From the NCBI RefSeq assembly GCF_009834535.1, contig NC_045696.1:106642001-106706000 (forward strand): a DNA stretch of 64,000 nt, read 5' to 3'. The DNA is from Camelus ferus. Its lineage: Eukaryota. Shown here one piece after another: positions 50,510 to 63,410 of this stretch (the stretch's first letter is position 1; each line of letters opens with the position of its first letter). Both the position numbers and the translations under genes were made by a program. The notes beneath the pieces are model-generated. The model saw only the letters and a program-made list of their open reading frames with translations, did no database searches and was not told the origin of the DNA.

Positions 50510-50990
50510 ATGTGGGAGGCACTATTGTTTGCTTGCCTGACACATAGTCCTTCCTTCTTCTTCATAACAGAACCCTGATTTTCTCCTCTGGCATCCACAC
50601 CCCTTTACCTTGTAGCCAAATACTCTGTGGAAGCTGACCTCACTCCCAGCTCCAAGAGGGAGCCTGATATTTCAGTCTAATCCTAATCTCCGCTCCTTAG
50701 TGGTCCAGAAATGGGCAAGTGTATATATTTAAGCCAATAAAACTTTAGAGAAAATTTTCCAGGAAGCTTCTGGGGACACTTTCTGTTCTGGGAGAGAACT
50801 ATGGGAAGAGATGGACTTCCTTACCTGTCTGACGTGTGTCTGAACTTGACAGCTGGATTGCCACAGCCGTTGTGCTGCCAGCCTAGTAGTGAAACCCATA
50901 GTGAAGATGCAGAGTCGCAATATGGGAAGATCCTGGTTCTGTTTGAGTCTGGATTTCTGTGTCTTGCAACTGAAAGCATCCAAAGTGTGA
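50510..50990 (+). mobile_element. MLT1-type MaLR LTR
   Basis: ccttccttcttcttcataacagaaccctgatttt...tgcaactgaaagcatcc. Confidence 0.72.
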
Positions 50991-53900
50991 CTGAATTCGG
51001 TGTGACTTTTTGTTCTGTGTTTTCTCCATCACAAGTACTCAAAGCATATCCTCAGTCATGCCGAGGTCTGTGAAATACCTGGATGTTTGAAAGGGGTCTG
51101 TATTCTCTAAAGCATCGGGAACAGCTGTCCTAGAATATTTTTCAACCCAATGCTACCTTTCTTTTTTGGTTCTTGTTTGCTTCTTCTCCCTTTCTCCTCC
51201 TCCATGGGCTGGGAGAGTACTCAGGATGAAGAAACAAGGAGGAATTAGCAAGGACACTGCCAGGCTATCTTTGCCAATGGGAGGGCGAGGGCTTAAGCAG
51301 AGTGGACCTTGCCTAGGGCAGATGTTGGCTCTTGATGATCATTCAGTAATTGGCTGTTGAATTTAACGAGCTTTTATGGGAAAGGTAAGAGGGAACCTTT
51401 GTAATTGCTTAGTGGAAAACTAACCCCACAGATGATGAGTGACCTGTTCACGGTAGAAAATTCAAGTCAATGATACCCTATTCAGCAAATTTGTTCTGAG
51501 ACCTAATATGTGCAAAGCATCATGGTTGGTGGTGCACGAGCTCCCACAGTATAGAGTTCACACCCCTGCTGTCCAAGTCCAAGAGTAGTCACATCATATA
51601 CAAGATGCCCTGTGATGGATGCTATGGGCCACATGCTACCAATCCAGTTGATGAGTGAAACTGCAGCATCTGAAAACCAAAAATCTGATACCTCTTAAGA
51701 CTTTATTGAGACCTTCCAGCTTTACCTGGAGGAAATTTTTCTCTATTGTCACCATGTGGCCAGACCAGCAGAACTAAGACCATCTCCAGGTTGGGTGAAA
51801 ATGGCAACTCAGATTCTTTGTCCAGGTGTGTGGACGCCAGTTCAATCAGATATTAATAAGAAATGTATCTTGAAGTCTAATTCTTTGGGGGAAACTTTGG
51901 GGTAAAAGTAGATGTTTTCTTGACTGCAAGTTTTCTGTGGCCTTTGATGTGCCAATGGGCTTTGTGATTCTCTAAGAGAAGAAGGTTGTATAATCTTTTC
52001 CTGAATTTATTTGGCCAAGGAATTCTTTCTACAGTGGACTGGACTTAGTGGGATATATTCTGGGGACTACTGCTCCAGCTTGATGGAATCTGATGGTAGA
52101 ATCCAGTGAAAATGAGGCACCCATTACCATAAATGTTGGATTACCTATTGAGAATGTAAAGTTCCCACATAAATGGAATTATGGTCAACCTACTCTGTCC
52201 TCTCACATTTCCCTTACTGTGCTGTTTAGACCTGACATCTCTTTTTTTGGAATAATAACTAACAATGGGATCAGTTTGCCTTGGGAGTGGATGACATCGT
52301 ATGGTATTTGTCTTTCTCTGTCTGACTTACTTCACTTCGTATGTTGCTGCAAATGACTGTAATCTTTTGATGGCTTATTGACTGAGTCTTATTTCTCTCT
52401 GGCCTCACCTAGAACCTGTACATAGTAGATGATCAATAAATACTTGTAGATTTAAAAAAAAAAGTCAACACTCCATCTGAGTCTGGCCAGTATGCTTTCT
52501 CCAATAGCATCCTACAATTGGAAATCGATCTGTGGTCTCCCCTGCCTGGCATGCCAGCAGGAGTGAATGCTTCTGATGAGACTCTTCTTCTTTGACTATT
52601 GTCTTCTGCACATTGAGGGTTAAAGAAAACCTTCCGTCTAGATTGCCAGAGATTCTTATGCCCCAGTGTGTGAGAAGACTTTGGATATGCTGTGGGAAGT
52701 GGTGAAAACTTTACCCACGTGACTGAGAAACACAAGTAAAGCCTGTAGATGCCCAAAACCTCACCAAGAGGCCTTTGGAATGAATGAGATTATCGGTTCC
52801 ACAATATATCTGCCCAAGTCACAAAAGGACATGGAGTTACTGAATTCTAGGCAGGCAGAATTTTGCACAGTTACTTTTGACTGCATGGCTGGCTTCCCCA
52901 TGTTTCATGGGTGAGTAGAAGAAGTGGTGGGTTACTGGGGAGGGAGCAAAAGCTGTCTTGCCATCAGTCACTGTCGGTGTGCTCAGCAGACCCACATACC
53001 AGGAAGTCACCCTCTAGGAGGCAGAGGAAAAGGGACAGTGATAAACAGTGATATGCCAGCTAATGTCCAGTCACAGCTGAGGCTGACATCACAGTGGAGT
53101 AAGATTAAGAGGAGAAACGATTATTCATGTTACCTAGTGCACTAGTTCCCAAACCACAAGCCAGTTTTTCTCTTGTGGGGAGATAAGGGAACTAAGAAAC
53201 AAAAAGAGTTACATAGTGAGTTTTTCATATGTAAAATTTAAAGTATAGGATTATGCTTTTCCTAATCTTTAAAAGTGTACATGTCCTTGGGTAGGAAATG
53301 ATACTGGTAGTAGCTGGTTTTTTTTTTTTTTTTCAAGTTTTCAGATATTTGACAAAATGAGAAGTTCTTAACTCTCATGTTAGTCCCGTGGCTCTAAGTT
53401 TTTTTGTGTGTGGTATTTTTCCTATGCTTTGTTTGCAGTTACACTCCTCCTTGCGTGGGAACCACTGCTCAGCAGCACGTTGAGAACTTAGTCCAGATGT
53501 TCATGTTGAGGTGAAAGATGGTGAGAATGGGCGAGAAAGAGGAATAGAAATGACTTAGAGGATATGAAAGTGAAGCAGAGTCCAATGAAGATGCTCAGTG
53601 CGAAGTGATATATAATTTGTATTTAAGCGCATGTTTTAAGTAAGTTAGTTTCCCCCAAATAATAATGATGCCGATTTTAGGGCAGCCATGATGGTCCAAC
53701 TCCTTGAGGGTTGGTTCCAGTTTCTGATCTTGAGCAGATCCATGCTCACAGGCTTGAGGGAAGGAAGCCAGCACCTACGAGTCACTAGAAATCTTATTAA
53801 AAGGAGAGTTTAAAAAAATTATTGTTTCTAACTTAAGCACAACATTGTAAAATATTATATTAAAAGTTACCTATGATTCTGCTACCTAATAAGTGCCACT

Positions 53901-54159
53901 TACAAGTTATAAAGTTATGTATATTTTTCCCGGTAAAGAATTTGTTATCTAAAATGGTGAGATAGATCTTTTGAAATCATAGGATGAGACGCTGCTGGAT
54001 TCAAACCATCAAAGTTTCATAAGCCATATCTGCTGATGATACTAAAACATACCATATACGAGGTTTGATTACAAGAGAATTGGACTGATTTATATGTATG
54101 ATTGGTGAACTGTGTCTCGTTTTTCTATAGTAATATTTTGGATGTGAACAAGAACTTTT

Positions 54160-54290
54160 AAGAGCGAGAGGGTAGAGCCCAGTAACTTTGGAGTCAAACT
54201 CTTTGCAATCTCTCAAGCTTAGGAAAGGCACTTAACCTTTCTGACCCTCACATTCTTTAGCTGTAAAATGTGGACAATAAAAGTTCCAAC
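54160..54290 (+). mobile_element. MIR SINE
   Basis: actttggagtcaaact...cacttaacctttctgaccctcacattctttagctgtaaaatg. Confidence 0.7.
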
Positions 54291-54653
54291 CTGAGAAAAG
54301 TATGTTCAATATTATGGGTTGAGGAGATGCTAAAATCTTCCACTCATACACCCAATCACCAAAATGATAAAAGAAACACAGAGCCAAGCCATAAAACAAC
54401 AAAGGGGACTCTGTGAATCCTGGAAACAGAGAGTCATAATAGAAAAAACAGAACAGGAACTGGATCAGTAAGCAGAGGTTACAACACTGCTGCTAAGGGC
54501 TCAGGTGTCCTCCTGGCTTTTGTAGCATCTTCTCTATGAGTCTGAAGCTGCCGCTGTCATGAGACTGCCCTACCAAGAGGAGACAAGCTATATAAGTGAC
54601 CTATAGCAAAACTGACCTGTAACTCAGGAAGGTCACCATCAAAAAGGAGAGAC

Positions 54654-55010
54654 ATGTGACAGATTGTATTTTCTTAATTGGTCATAACAACAACTCCCAT
54701 TCCAAATTGTCTTCTTATAACATGACTTTGACACACTTCTCACTGAGAGATGGAATCTGTGTTTTCATCCCTTAAATGTGGGCAGGTTTATAGCTATGGC
54801 AGAAGTGGTTATGGTACCTCCAAGGCTAAATCATAAAAGGTAAAAGAGCTTCCACCTGGATGTCTCAGGACACTTGCTCTTGGAACTGAGCCACTCCACG
54901 AGGAAGCTCCCGCACCCCACTGTTGAGGCCCACATGAAGAGAAACCAAAGCCCCTGACTATCAGTGCAGACTGAGCTCCTAGCTGATAACAAACACCAGT
55001 TGGCCAGTCG
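54654..55010 (+). mobile_element. MLT1-type MaLR LTR (5' part)
   Basis: tgtgacagattgtattttc...gagatggaatctgtg...aggctaaatcataaaagg...cttgctcttggaactgagcc. Confidence 0.8.
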
Positions 55011-55559
55011 CTTGACTCTATCTAATCTATCTGCTTATAGCTACTGAACAAAGAATCCTCAATTTGACTAGCACTTTGAACCAGCTGATGAGTGAATCAG
55101 TGAGCCAAAAAGTTGAGCTGAGGAATTCCAGAATGTTATATAAGGAGAACAAGAGGCTAAAAATAAAAAATAACAATGAGGCAAATGGTGTAGTCTCAGG
55201 TTTACTGAAGTGGAGAAGCCAACAGAAGGCCAGCTGCAGCCACTGCCCAGAGATGAGCATCCCACAGACATTCCATGGGTGAGATCACAATTTTTTTGTG
55301 AAAAATCCATAAGGAACTTGAGCTGTCTCCCTGACGACAAAGTCAGTGTGCTCCAGGGCACACAGTTTTAGCCAAACATCTATCAAGGACATAAAAATAA
55401 GTGTCACTTTTCCATAAAATGTGGTTATTTTTTCTTTTATAAACCCTATCTCACCTTTTTTCTCTAGTAATCAATGTACATATGTTTGGTCTTTCTCTTA
55501 GTCAAGTAAATGTCAGCTGTGCTTTTAACTAAATTAAATGTCTCTGCTTACTCTTTGAC

Positions 55560-56050
55560 AAAAAGTATCAGAAAAAAGTAAAGAAAAATGGAAATAGATC
55601 AAGAAACCAAAATATTCTGATAAGAGTTTCAGGAAGAGAAAATGATGCAATATTTGAAAAAATAATGACCGAAAAATTTCCAACACCTGAGATGGTTACA
55701 GTTTTCAGATTTATAGATAACAGGATAAATAAAAATAACCCATACTAAGAGACATGAGACTTCAGACATGAAGAAAAAACAAAAAAAATTTAAAATATAA
55801 TAATTACAAAAGGCATACAAACTATAATGGAGTAATAATGTGAGTAACACCAGACTTTACTCTAACAACATATAATTCAAGAAGACAATGGAGAAATAGC
55901 TTCGAAACCCCGTGGAAAACAATTTTGAACTTATTTTTATACCCAGCTCAAATATGTGTGTTAAATAAGTAAACTTTCAGACAATAAAGACTACAAAATT
56001 TTACTACCACAGATCCTCCCCAAAAGTACTTTTAAAAGATGTATCCCCAA
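55560..56050 (+). mobile_element. Old LINE-1 ORF1-region relic
   Basis: gcaatatttgaaaaaataatgaccgaaaaatttccaa...caagaagacaatggagaaatagcttc. Confidence 0.7.
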
Positions 56051-56139
56051 AAGAAGACAGTGAAATGAGATAATGCATAGAAAGCATTTAGTATGATGTT
56101 AAATCTGCTTTTCCTCTACTATTAATAAAGACAGAAATA

Positions 56140-56410
56140 CATAGCACTATTCTCCTGCTTTTCATCTCATTCATGTCTTGAATGTGTATGTGACATATGG
56201 AGCTGCAGCAGGCATCTTGTGACCATGAGGCTATAAGAGGAAAAGAAAGAAAAAAAGAACCACAGAAATGTAGATTTTGATATTTTTATCCTATTGTGTC
56301 ATCTCTAGCAATTCACCTACCTTCTTGTTATGTGAGAAAAATACATTTCTATTTATTTAAGCCATTGTTGATTCAGTTTGCTGCTATGTCACTCAGTGTA
56401 CTCCTAAGTG
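56140..56410 (+). mobile_element. MLT1-type LTR fragment
   Basis: ggagctgcagcaggcatcttgtgaccatgagg...cttcttgttatgtgagaaaaatac...tttaagcca. Confidence 0.75.
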
Positions 56411-58207
56411 GCTTACATCTCCACTTTTCTTATCTTTAAAGTATGAGCTATTAGAACTAAGTGGGAGATTAGGTTAAAATTTTCCAGTACCTAATACATT
56501 CTCCAATAAATGTTAAGCCTCTTAATCCTCCAGATTGTGAGCTCAAGAGACCATACTATCTTCATTATAGTATACATCTCCATTCTCACTGCATAAGAAA
56601 TTCAGTCTAGTTCATTGGATATTTATTGAATAAATTAATGAATCTAATTTATAGATTAGGTACTTTGACAACTGCTAATACATAGTAGGGTATCAATAAA
56701 TATATGTTGAATGGATGGATGAATAAAAGCTGCAGATAGGTCAGTAGAAATTAGTATTGACTGTTGTCTTAGGTATTGTCAAATCAACTGACTAACTTTT
56801 CTGTTTATTATTCCTGTGCTAAGACAGCTTTTGAAATGTTCAAGAGTGCTTCTTAACTATCTTTTGCCATCTTCCTGGCTTCTTTGACACTTAACATTCA
56901 ATGCAGAATTTCTATTTCATTTTGAAGAGAGCTATAATTGGAGGGTAAAAGTGACTTTATTATCCTCTCTCTACTGACCCAGATTTTATCAATTTAAACT
57001 GATTTCAAGAGTTGTGTACCCCTTGAATTCCTGAACAAAAAACCAAAAGACAGCATATATAGAATCGAGTGTTATTTTGTTGAAATAATTCATACACAGG
57101 GAAACAAAATGTTATGAGTGTTAGTCTTTAAAAAGGAAATGTCAGGGAAAAGGAAAAGGAAAAGGAAAAGACAAAGGCTGAAGACCTAAAAATTACCCGC
57201 AAACCTTATACACAAAGAAGCATCAAAGAAGAGAAATATCCATAAAGTAGAAATTGATGGATGCGTAGATGAGGTTACTAAAAACAGTTTGTAGAAGCAG
57301 CGGAAAATAGAATAATTTGGTCAAGTAGGTAAGTCTTAGAGACTATACTGCACATGAAAAACATCTGAAAATAAAAAACAGAAAGAGCACCAGGTTCCAT
57401 ATAAGAAAAGAACCATGTATTTAAAGCAAGGGTATGGAAAACAGAAAATGTGCCAGCATCAGTCTTTGAGTGTCATATAGCAGAAGATTCAGAAAGTTGG
57501 CTGCCTACTAATATAGAAACAAAGTCAGAGTTTATCAGATAGGAAACGGGAAGAGTAATAGTTTGTGATCTCACTGACAGGTGGACTTCCTGGGAGATCA
57601 GAAAAGCCAAAACACATGCATAGTAAAGACTCAGGTGAGAAATGACCAGAGGCACCTAGTGATGGGCAGTGTCCTGGGCCTATGGTCAGACCTACGTCAA
57701 ACCTCCTAGGTCTCCTTACTCACTGCTTGACCTCGGGAAGGTCACTCGCTCTCATCATGATCTATAATTTGGGAATAAAATAGGGTTATTGTGAGGATCC
57801 AGAGAAAATGGATGTAAAAGAGATGATTAAAATGATAAAGGAAAGTAGACTATGGGGGATAAAAGGTAGAGGAGAGAAAATTAAAATGAGAATGAATTTT
57901 ATTTATAAGATAATGCTCAGTATTTGTTGGAGATGATTTTCTTGGTGCCAGGAAAAAGCCGTATATACCAAAAACGTTTGAAGAAACGTCTCTGCGTGCT
58001 TACCACATACAGGGAGCTATGTTAATGGTTCCAGTGTAAAAGATAGTCCCCTGGAATTTCATGCTTGTCATGGGAAGTACCACATAGATGGAATAATAGA
58101 ATTATTTAATAAAGTATATGTGAACTCCTATCTCATATCATATATAGTATATAGTACAGGTTATGTAACTGTAGGCAGTTTGGAGCAGGGATTGGGAAGA
58201 GAGTTAG

Positions 58208-58600
58208 GTGTAGTAGTCAGCTGTTGCTGAAACAATGTTGTGTGACAAGTTGATCCCCAAAGCCAGTGGCTTACAACAGATAATACATAGTCTTCTAACT
58301 CACAGATCTACAGTTGGTGGGGCCAATGCTGGGCTCAGCTGAGATCAGTTGGGTTTATCTTCAGAGACTGTGGATTGGGTTTAGATCTTTTCCACATGTC
58401 TTCTCACTTAGGAACCAGAAGCTACCTGGGGCAGATTCCTCTCGTGGCAGATAGCAGACACTCAAGAGGGATGAGTGCACACATGTCATGTCACTTATGA
58501 CCTCCTCTTGAAGCTGTTGTACCATCACTTCTGTTGACAGTCCATTGATCAAAATAACTCATATGGCCAAGTCCACCATTAATGGGGAAGGAGTATACTC
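58208..58600 (-). mobile_element. MLT1-type MaLR LTR
   Basis: cagtggcttacaacag...tcacttctg...tccattgatcaaaataactcatatggccaagtcc. Confidence 0.8.
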
Positions 58601-58639
58601 TGCTCACAGAGGGAGACACTGCAAGACTGCATGGCAAAG

Positions 58640-59200
58640 AATGTGGAAGTGTTATCTTATTGGTGGGGAATGTAGTAACGAGAGCAGTAATTTCAAACAA
58701 TTATATGTCCACAGAAAGACACGCATGCAGCATTATTCACAATAGTGAAGACTGGAAACAACCAAAATGTCTATTAGCCAGAGAACAGATAAACTGTGGT
58801 GTGTTCATAGATGGAATCCTATGCAGCACTAATAAGGAATAGAGTTCTGATACATTCTCCAGGAGAGGTGAAGCTCAAAAACATTATACTAACTGAAAGA
58901 ATTCAGACACAAAAGACCACATACTGGATGATTCCATTTATGGAATTTATTTATGAAGTGTCCAGAAAGAAAAATCTATCGAAATAGAAATAAATTAGTG
59001 GTTGCCTGGGGAGAAGTCTGGGAATAGGGAGTGATGGCAAATGGGCACAAAGGATCTTTTATTGGAGTGATGGAAATGTTCTAAAATTGTATTGTAGTGA
59101 TGATTGCTGAACTCTGCAAATTTACTCAAAGTCATTAGATTGCTCACTTTTAAAAAATGAACGAATGTTATGGGTTGTAAATGTACCTTAATACAAGTAT
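58640..59200 (+). mobile_element. LINE-1 (L1MB/ME-type) 3' end
   Basis: gcagcattattcacaatagtgaagactggaaacaaccaaaatgtc...gtgatggaaatgttctaaaattg. Confidence 0.88.
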
Positions 59201-60073
59201 AAAATGAGGGGAGAAAATGGATTCATTCCTGAATTCCAAGAAATATGCAATTATTCTGTCTTAAGGGTTTTTCAGAGGATTGAGTGTGATGTTTATAAAG
59301 TGGCTGATATAGAGACTGGCACACAGCAGGTGCACAATACATAATGGCCATTATTGTGATCATTTCAGAGAGATGGATCAGCAGCATGTAAAGACTAAGG
59401 GGTGGGAGGCAACAAGGCATGTTCAGAAAGCTGGTGGTTTGGAGTAGCCAGAAAGTAGATCTTATGTGGGAGAGTAACCATGGAGGAACCGGCCCCAGGT
59501 CACCAAGCTGGGAGGTGGTAGAGCCTTTAATGGGGACTTGGCTCAGTCTGATAGCAAAGTAAACGTCTCCTAGAGCATGTGTCGTATGAAGTGCAGTCTA
59601 GGGAGGGCCCCAGGTTGCAAACTTTAATTATTGATTCCTTAGGGAAAACAAAAGAAGCTTATTTGTGGATGTTGGAATTAATTGACGCCGTTTAACTCAG
59701 GGAAATTGCGATGTTCTCATCACGTCGAAAGAACAAGAACAGACTAAACGCTCTGTGATCCCTGGGTGGAAATATGAATGTGGACTTGCTTGGATGTGGC
59801 TAAAAGATAGTTAAAGATATTATGGTCCTCCTGATTGCTATGGGCTAGGGATGAGGTTGGAAAGTAATTCCTGCCAACCGAGGATGGAGGTACACTGCCC
59901 GTTGCCAAGTGCGTCCACCAGGGACAAACAAGCCAGGATATGGAAGAGACCAGGATGTGCTCTAGAATAGGCCCACAATGTCATGTGGGTTCAAAGTGGA
60001 GCCAAGCAACAATGTGTAGTGTGGAAGCTAAGCCTTCTGACAGAAAGGGGCACAGTGAAGGGAGGAAAAGGCT

Positions 60074-60183
60074 GCCGCAGCAAGCTGCTCAAGGTCGCCC
60101 TGGAGATCAAAAAAGATCATGTAGATCAGCCGCAGCATGCTGCTCAAGGTCGCCCTGGAGATCAAAAAAGATCATGTAGATCA
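60074..60183. repeat. 55-bp tandem duplication (2 copies, 1 mismatch)
   Basis: gccgcagca(a/t)gctgctcaaggtcgccctggagatcaaaaaagatcatgtagatca at 60074-60128 and 60129-60183. Confidence 0.97.
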
Positions 60184-60859
60184 ATGTGTATTGATGAGGA
60201 AAGGCACCCTTGATATACAGCAGAGTGAAAAAGAGCAAGTTACAGAATCATGTATGGTCTGATCTCATGTATGTACTAAAGTGTACAGGTATGTGTAATC
60301 TCTCACTTTCTGGCACATAGATTTATTTCTTCCCTGATTGTGTGCTCCTCAAATAGATGCATACACCAAAAGAGCTATGACTGTGTTCTGTGCCTGGGTC
60401 AGTGAGTGCCTGGGGTGTGGTGGGCACTCAGTAAATTGCTGATTGAACTAACAATATCTATGAGAACTACAGCACACTGTGTGCTCTCTCTGGGGGGTGG
60501 GATCAGGCACATGCACAAATATTTGTGTGTATATGTGCTGGGGAAGATTTCTGGGATCAGCTGGCAAAGATTATGGGGAAGAGAGGGCCAGGAGTCTATG
60601 TCAACAGTGAGATCTTAGGGGTTAAAAAAAATGAAGGTAGTTGAGGCACTAGAGGGATCATGAGATGGGTGACTCGGAGACAGTGGGGAAAGGAATTGAA
60701 TTTGGGAGCAATCGGGAAAAAGCAAACTTGCCCTGTGGATTAAGCACACTATGAAATGAAAGAGAGGAATGAGATGAAGGGAAGAAATTAAATCAGAGCA
60801 TCAGAGCCTATGAGAAAATCTGACTTGTCATGCAAGCTCATGAATTTGGCCTGTACACT

Positions 60860-61230
60860 CCTGTGCCTAGTCCCTGGAATGTACTGATTTTTTTCCAGGA
60901 CACTCGTCACTTGACCAACATCTGCACTTCCTTCTGTTCTCAGCTTAGATGTTTCCTCCAAGAGTTTCTTCTGAGTCCCGCTCCCTGCCCTGACTCTGAC
61001 TGGCCTGGCCAAGGTGCTGCCCCTGTGTGTTCCTAGAGAAACTCCCTCTTCCTCTGCTGTAGCTCAAGTCACTGGGGATTGTAACCACCGGTTTTACTTG
61101 TCGTCTCGTCCGCTATACTGCAAGCTCCTTGAGAACAGGAACATGCCTTGCTAACCTCGGTCTTCCAGAATCTGCACAGTGGCTGGTTCAGAGTAGGTAC
61201 TTAATAAATGTGGATGAATAAGTGAATGAG
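60860..61230 (+). mobile_element. L2 3' end
   Basis: tactgcaagctccttgagaacagga...gagtaggtacttaataaatgtggatgaataagtgaatga. Confidence 0.8.
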
Positions 61231-61249
61231 AAAATGCGACTTATTAAAC

Positions 61250-61500
61250 CGAGATTTGGATTTGTAATTAGAAAACCTTTGCTTAAATCTTGACCCCTCC
61301 AACTTCTAGCTCTATGACTACAGACAAGTCACTTAACCTCTTGGGGGCGTAGTGGTCTCAGTTGTGAGATGAGATACTACTATCTGTTTTGCTGGCCACA
61401 TCACCTTGAACGAACCTGACCTCATCTGACCACACGTTCTTGCGGCGATGAAATAATATTAGGGGTAGGAAAGCTCTTTGTGAAATAAAAAGTGATTTTC
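61250..61500 (+). mobile_element. MIR SINE interrupted by a 5S fragment
   Basis: tagctctatgactacagacaagtcacttaacctct...gatgaaataatatt...aaagctcttt. Confidence 0.65.
61394..61431 (+). pseudogene. 5S rRNA 5'-fragment retropseudogene
   Basis: ggccacatcaccttgaacgaacctgacctcatctgacc aligns without gaps to 5S GGCCATACCACCCTGAACGCGCCCGATCTCGTCTGATC at 29/38 positions. Confidence 0.7.
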
Positions 61501-61658
61501 AATTGTATTATTAGAATTTAGAGTGTGTGTGTGCATACATGTGTGTATACATATATAGTTGGTGAAGAAAGAAATTTTACTATGTCAAAACATTTCGAAT
61601 AAACAATGGTAGTGCCTCTGCTTCAGAATACGTTTTAACTGTTTTTGATGGTTTGGAA

Positions 61659-61908
61659 CAGCACTGACCAATAGACCTTTTTGCAGTGGTGGAAATATTC
61701 CACATGTGCGCCGTCCAGCACGGTAGCTACTGGCCACCTGCAGCTACCAAGCACTGGAAATGCAGTTCTGCAAGTGAGGAACGGCAGTTTCAAATTTTAT
61801 TTAATTTTGATTAATTTCAGCAGTCACACGTGGCTAGTGGCTAGCTCACTGGACAACACAGATGCAGAAAATTTCCATCATGACGAGAAGTTCTACAAGA
61901 CAGAGCTG
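61659..61908. mobile_element. MER3/MER33-like hAT-Charlie MITE
   Basis: cagcactgaccaatagacctttttgcagtggtggaaat...gtggctagtggcta...atttccatcatgacgagaagttctacaagacagagctg with inverted ends. Confidence 0.85.
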
Positions 61909-62929
61909 ATTCAGGTTTAAATTGGTGATGAATAACACAGTTGAGTGCATAGGTCAGGGACGTATTGTGAATGTCAGAAGTGGTTGGGTATGAGACTGGA
62001 GGTGTACCTTACCTAAAAGGCTTTCCTGTTTGTTTATAAAAACATGGGTTTTGTATAGTTGCCAGTTTTAATTTCTGGGTTAATACCTGGGGATATTTGC
62101 CAGTATAGAAGCAGTTGACCTACCTCAAAGCCTCAAATCTACTGTGAAACTGGAGGAGTTAATGCTCACATATCCACCAGCTATTCTACCTGATGAGATA
62201 ACTTACCCATCTACATCAGCAATAAAAGGAAGGTGCTGGGCTGTCTTGGAGCTTTCTCAGATTCACAATGCCATCTCTGTATTCCCAAGGAAATTGGTGA
62301 GAATTATGATTACATACCCAAATTGATGATTCAAGAATCTGCATACATGATGATGATGCAATAAACCAGGGAATGTGTTAATAATAATAAAAAGGGTTGA
62401 TAGGAAGACCTGCAGTGCTCCCTTTAAATTTTGTAAGATCTGTATGTAAACCTCAGAAGCATTTTTCTATGCATAATTTAATTTTCTCAAAAACCTATGT
62501 TATCTAATAGATGCCACTTTGAAAGTTTCTTATCCCGTGGCCTCAACAGCAAGGAAAGATGGGTTCATTCTTCATTGTTTTCCAACACTTGCACTTCCCT
62601 CTTCTGATCATTCTGCCAGCGTGTTCTGTTGAGGAAAAGTAATAAGGTCAAAATAAAGAGAGGTTCTTGGAAGGAGCTGGACTGCACAGCAGTATCGGAT
62701 GCATTCTGTCCATCCTTGGTGGTGCTGAGAAGAAGACACTGAGGGCAAGCTTCTCCAGAGGCAAGTGGAAAATTCAGAAAGGTCACCAGGTGTAGATTAA
62801 GGAGAAGAGCATACATCACCTGCTTGAGTTAGAAAAATGAAATTCTTCTTTTCTAGATGAAAACCTTTTGAGAAGTCGATGGGCTAGGTTTTTCAATAGT
62901 ATGTCAAGATGATTTAGATTTAGGCACAT

Positions 62930-63410
62930 CAGTCCACCTTAAAAAGATATTGTCTGATTTTTCTTTTTCTGATTTTTAAAAATAGCATACCTATGGTGTG
63001 TTGAAACAAACAGGTGTACAGAATTAACCATCACCAAAACCTAACCCCGGTTTGGTTTCCGTGTGCAAGAATTCATTAGGGTCAATGAGTCTTTGTGTTC
63101 TAAATGACTTAAATGAGTGGCCCTCGGAACTGAGCCTCCCACCCACCCTGCCCTCTCCTGTCAAGGTCGGTGTACATAGGTCCCTGGCGGGGTCTCTGAA
63201 CAAGCTTTTCTTCTGACCCACACCCTAGATGTCCCAGTTCCTTTCCCTAGAGACAACCACTCATCAGTTTCTTGATCTCTCCAGTAACTCATCCATGCAC
63301 TAGTCATCTCTGCACAAACTAGCAAAGACTAGAGATATCCTCTTTGTTTTCACACAAATCTGAACATTTCCTGTGCACTCTTCAGCACCTTGCTTTTTTT
63401 CCCCCTCTCT
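62930..63410 (-). mobile_element. Old LINE-1 3' relic
   Basis: ttccctagagacaaccact...tttcttgatctctccag...ttcagcaccttgctttttt. Confidence 0.5.
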
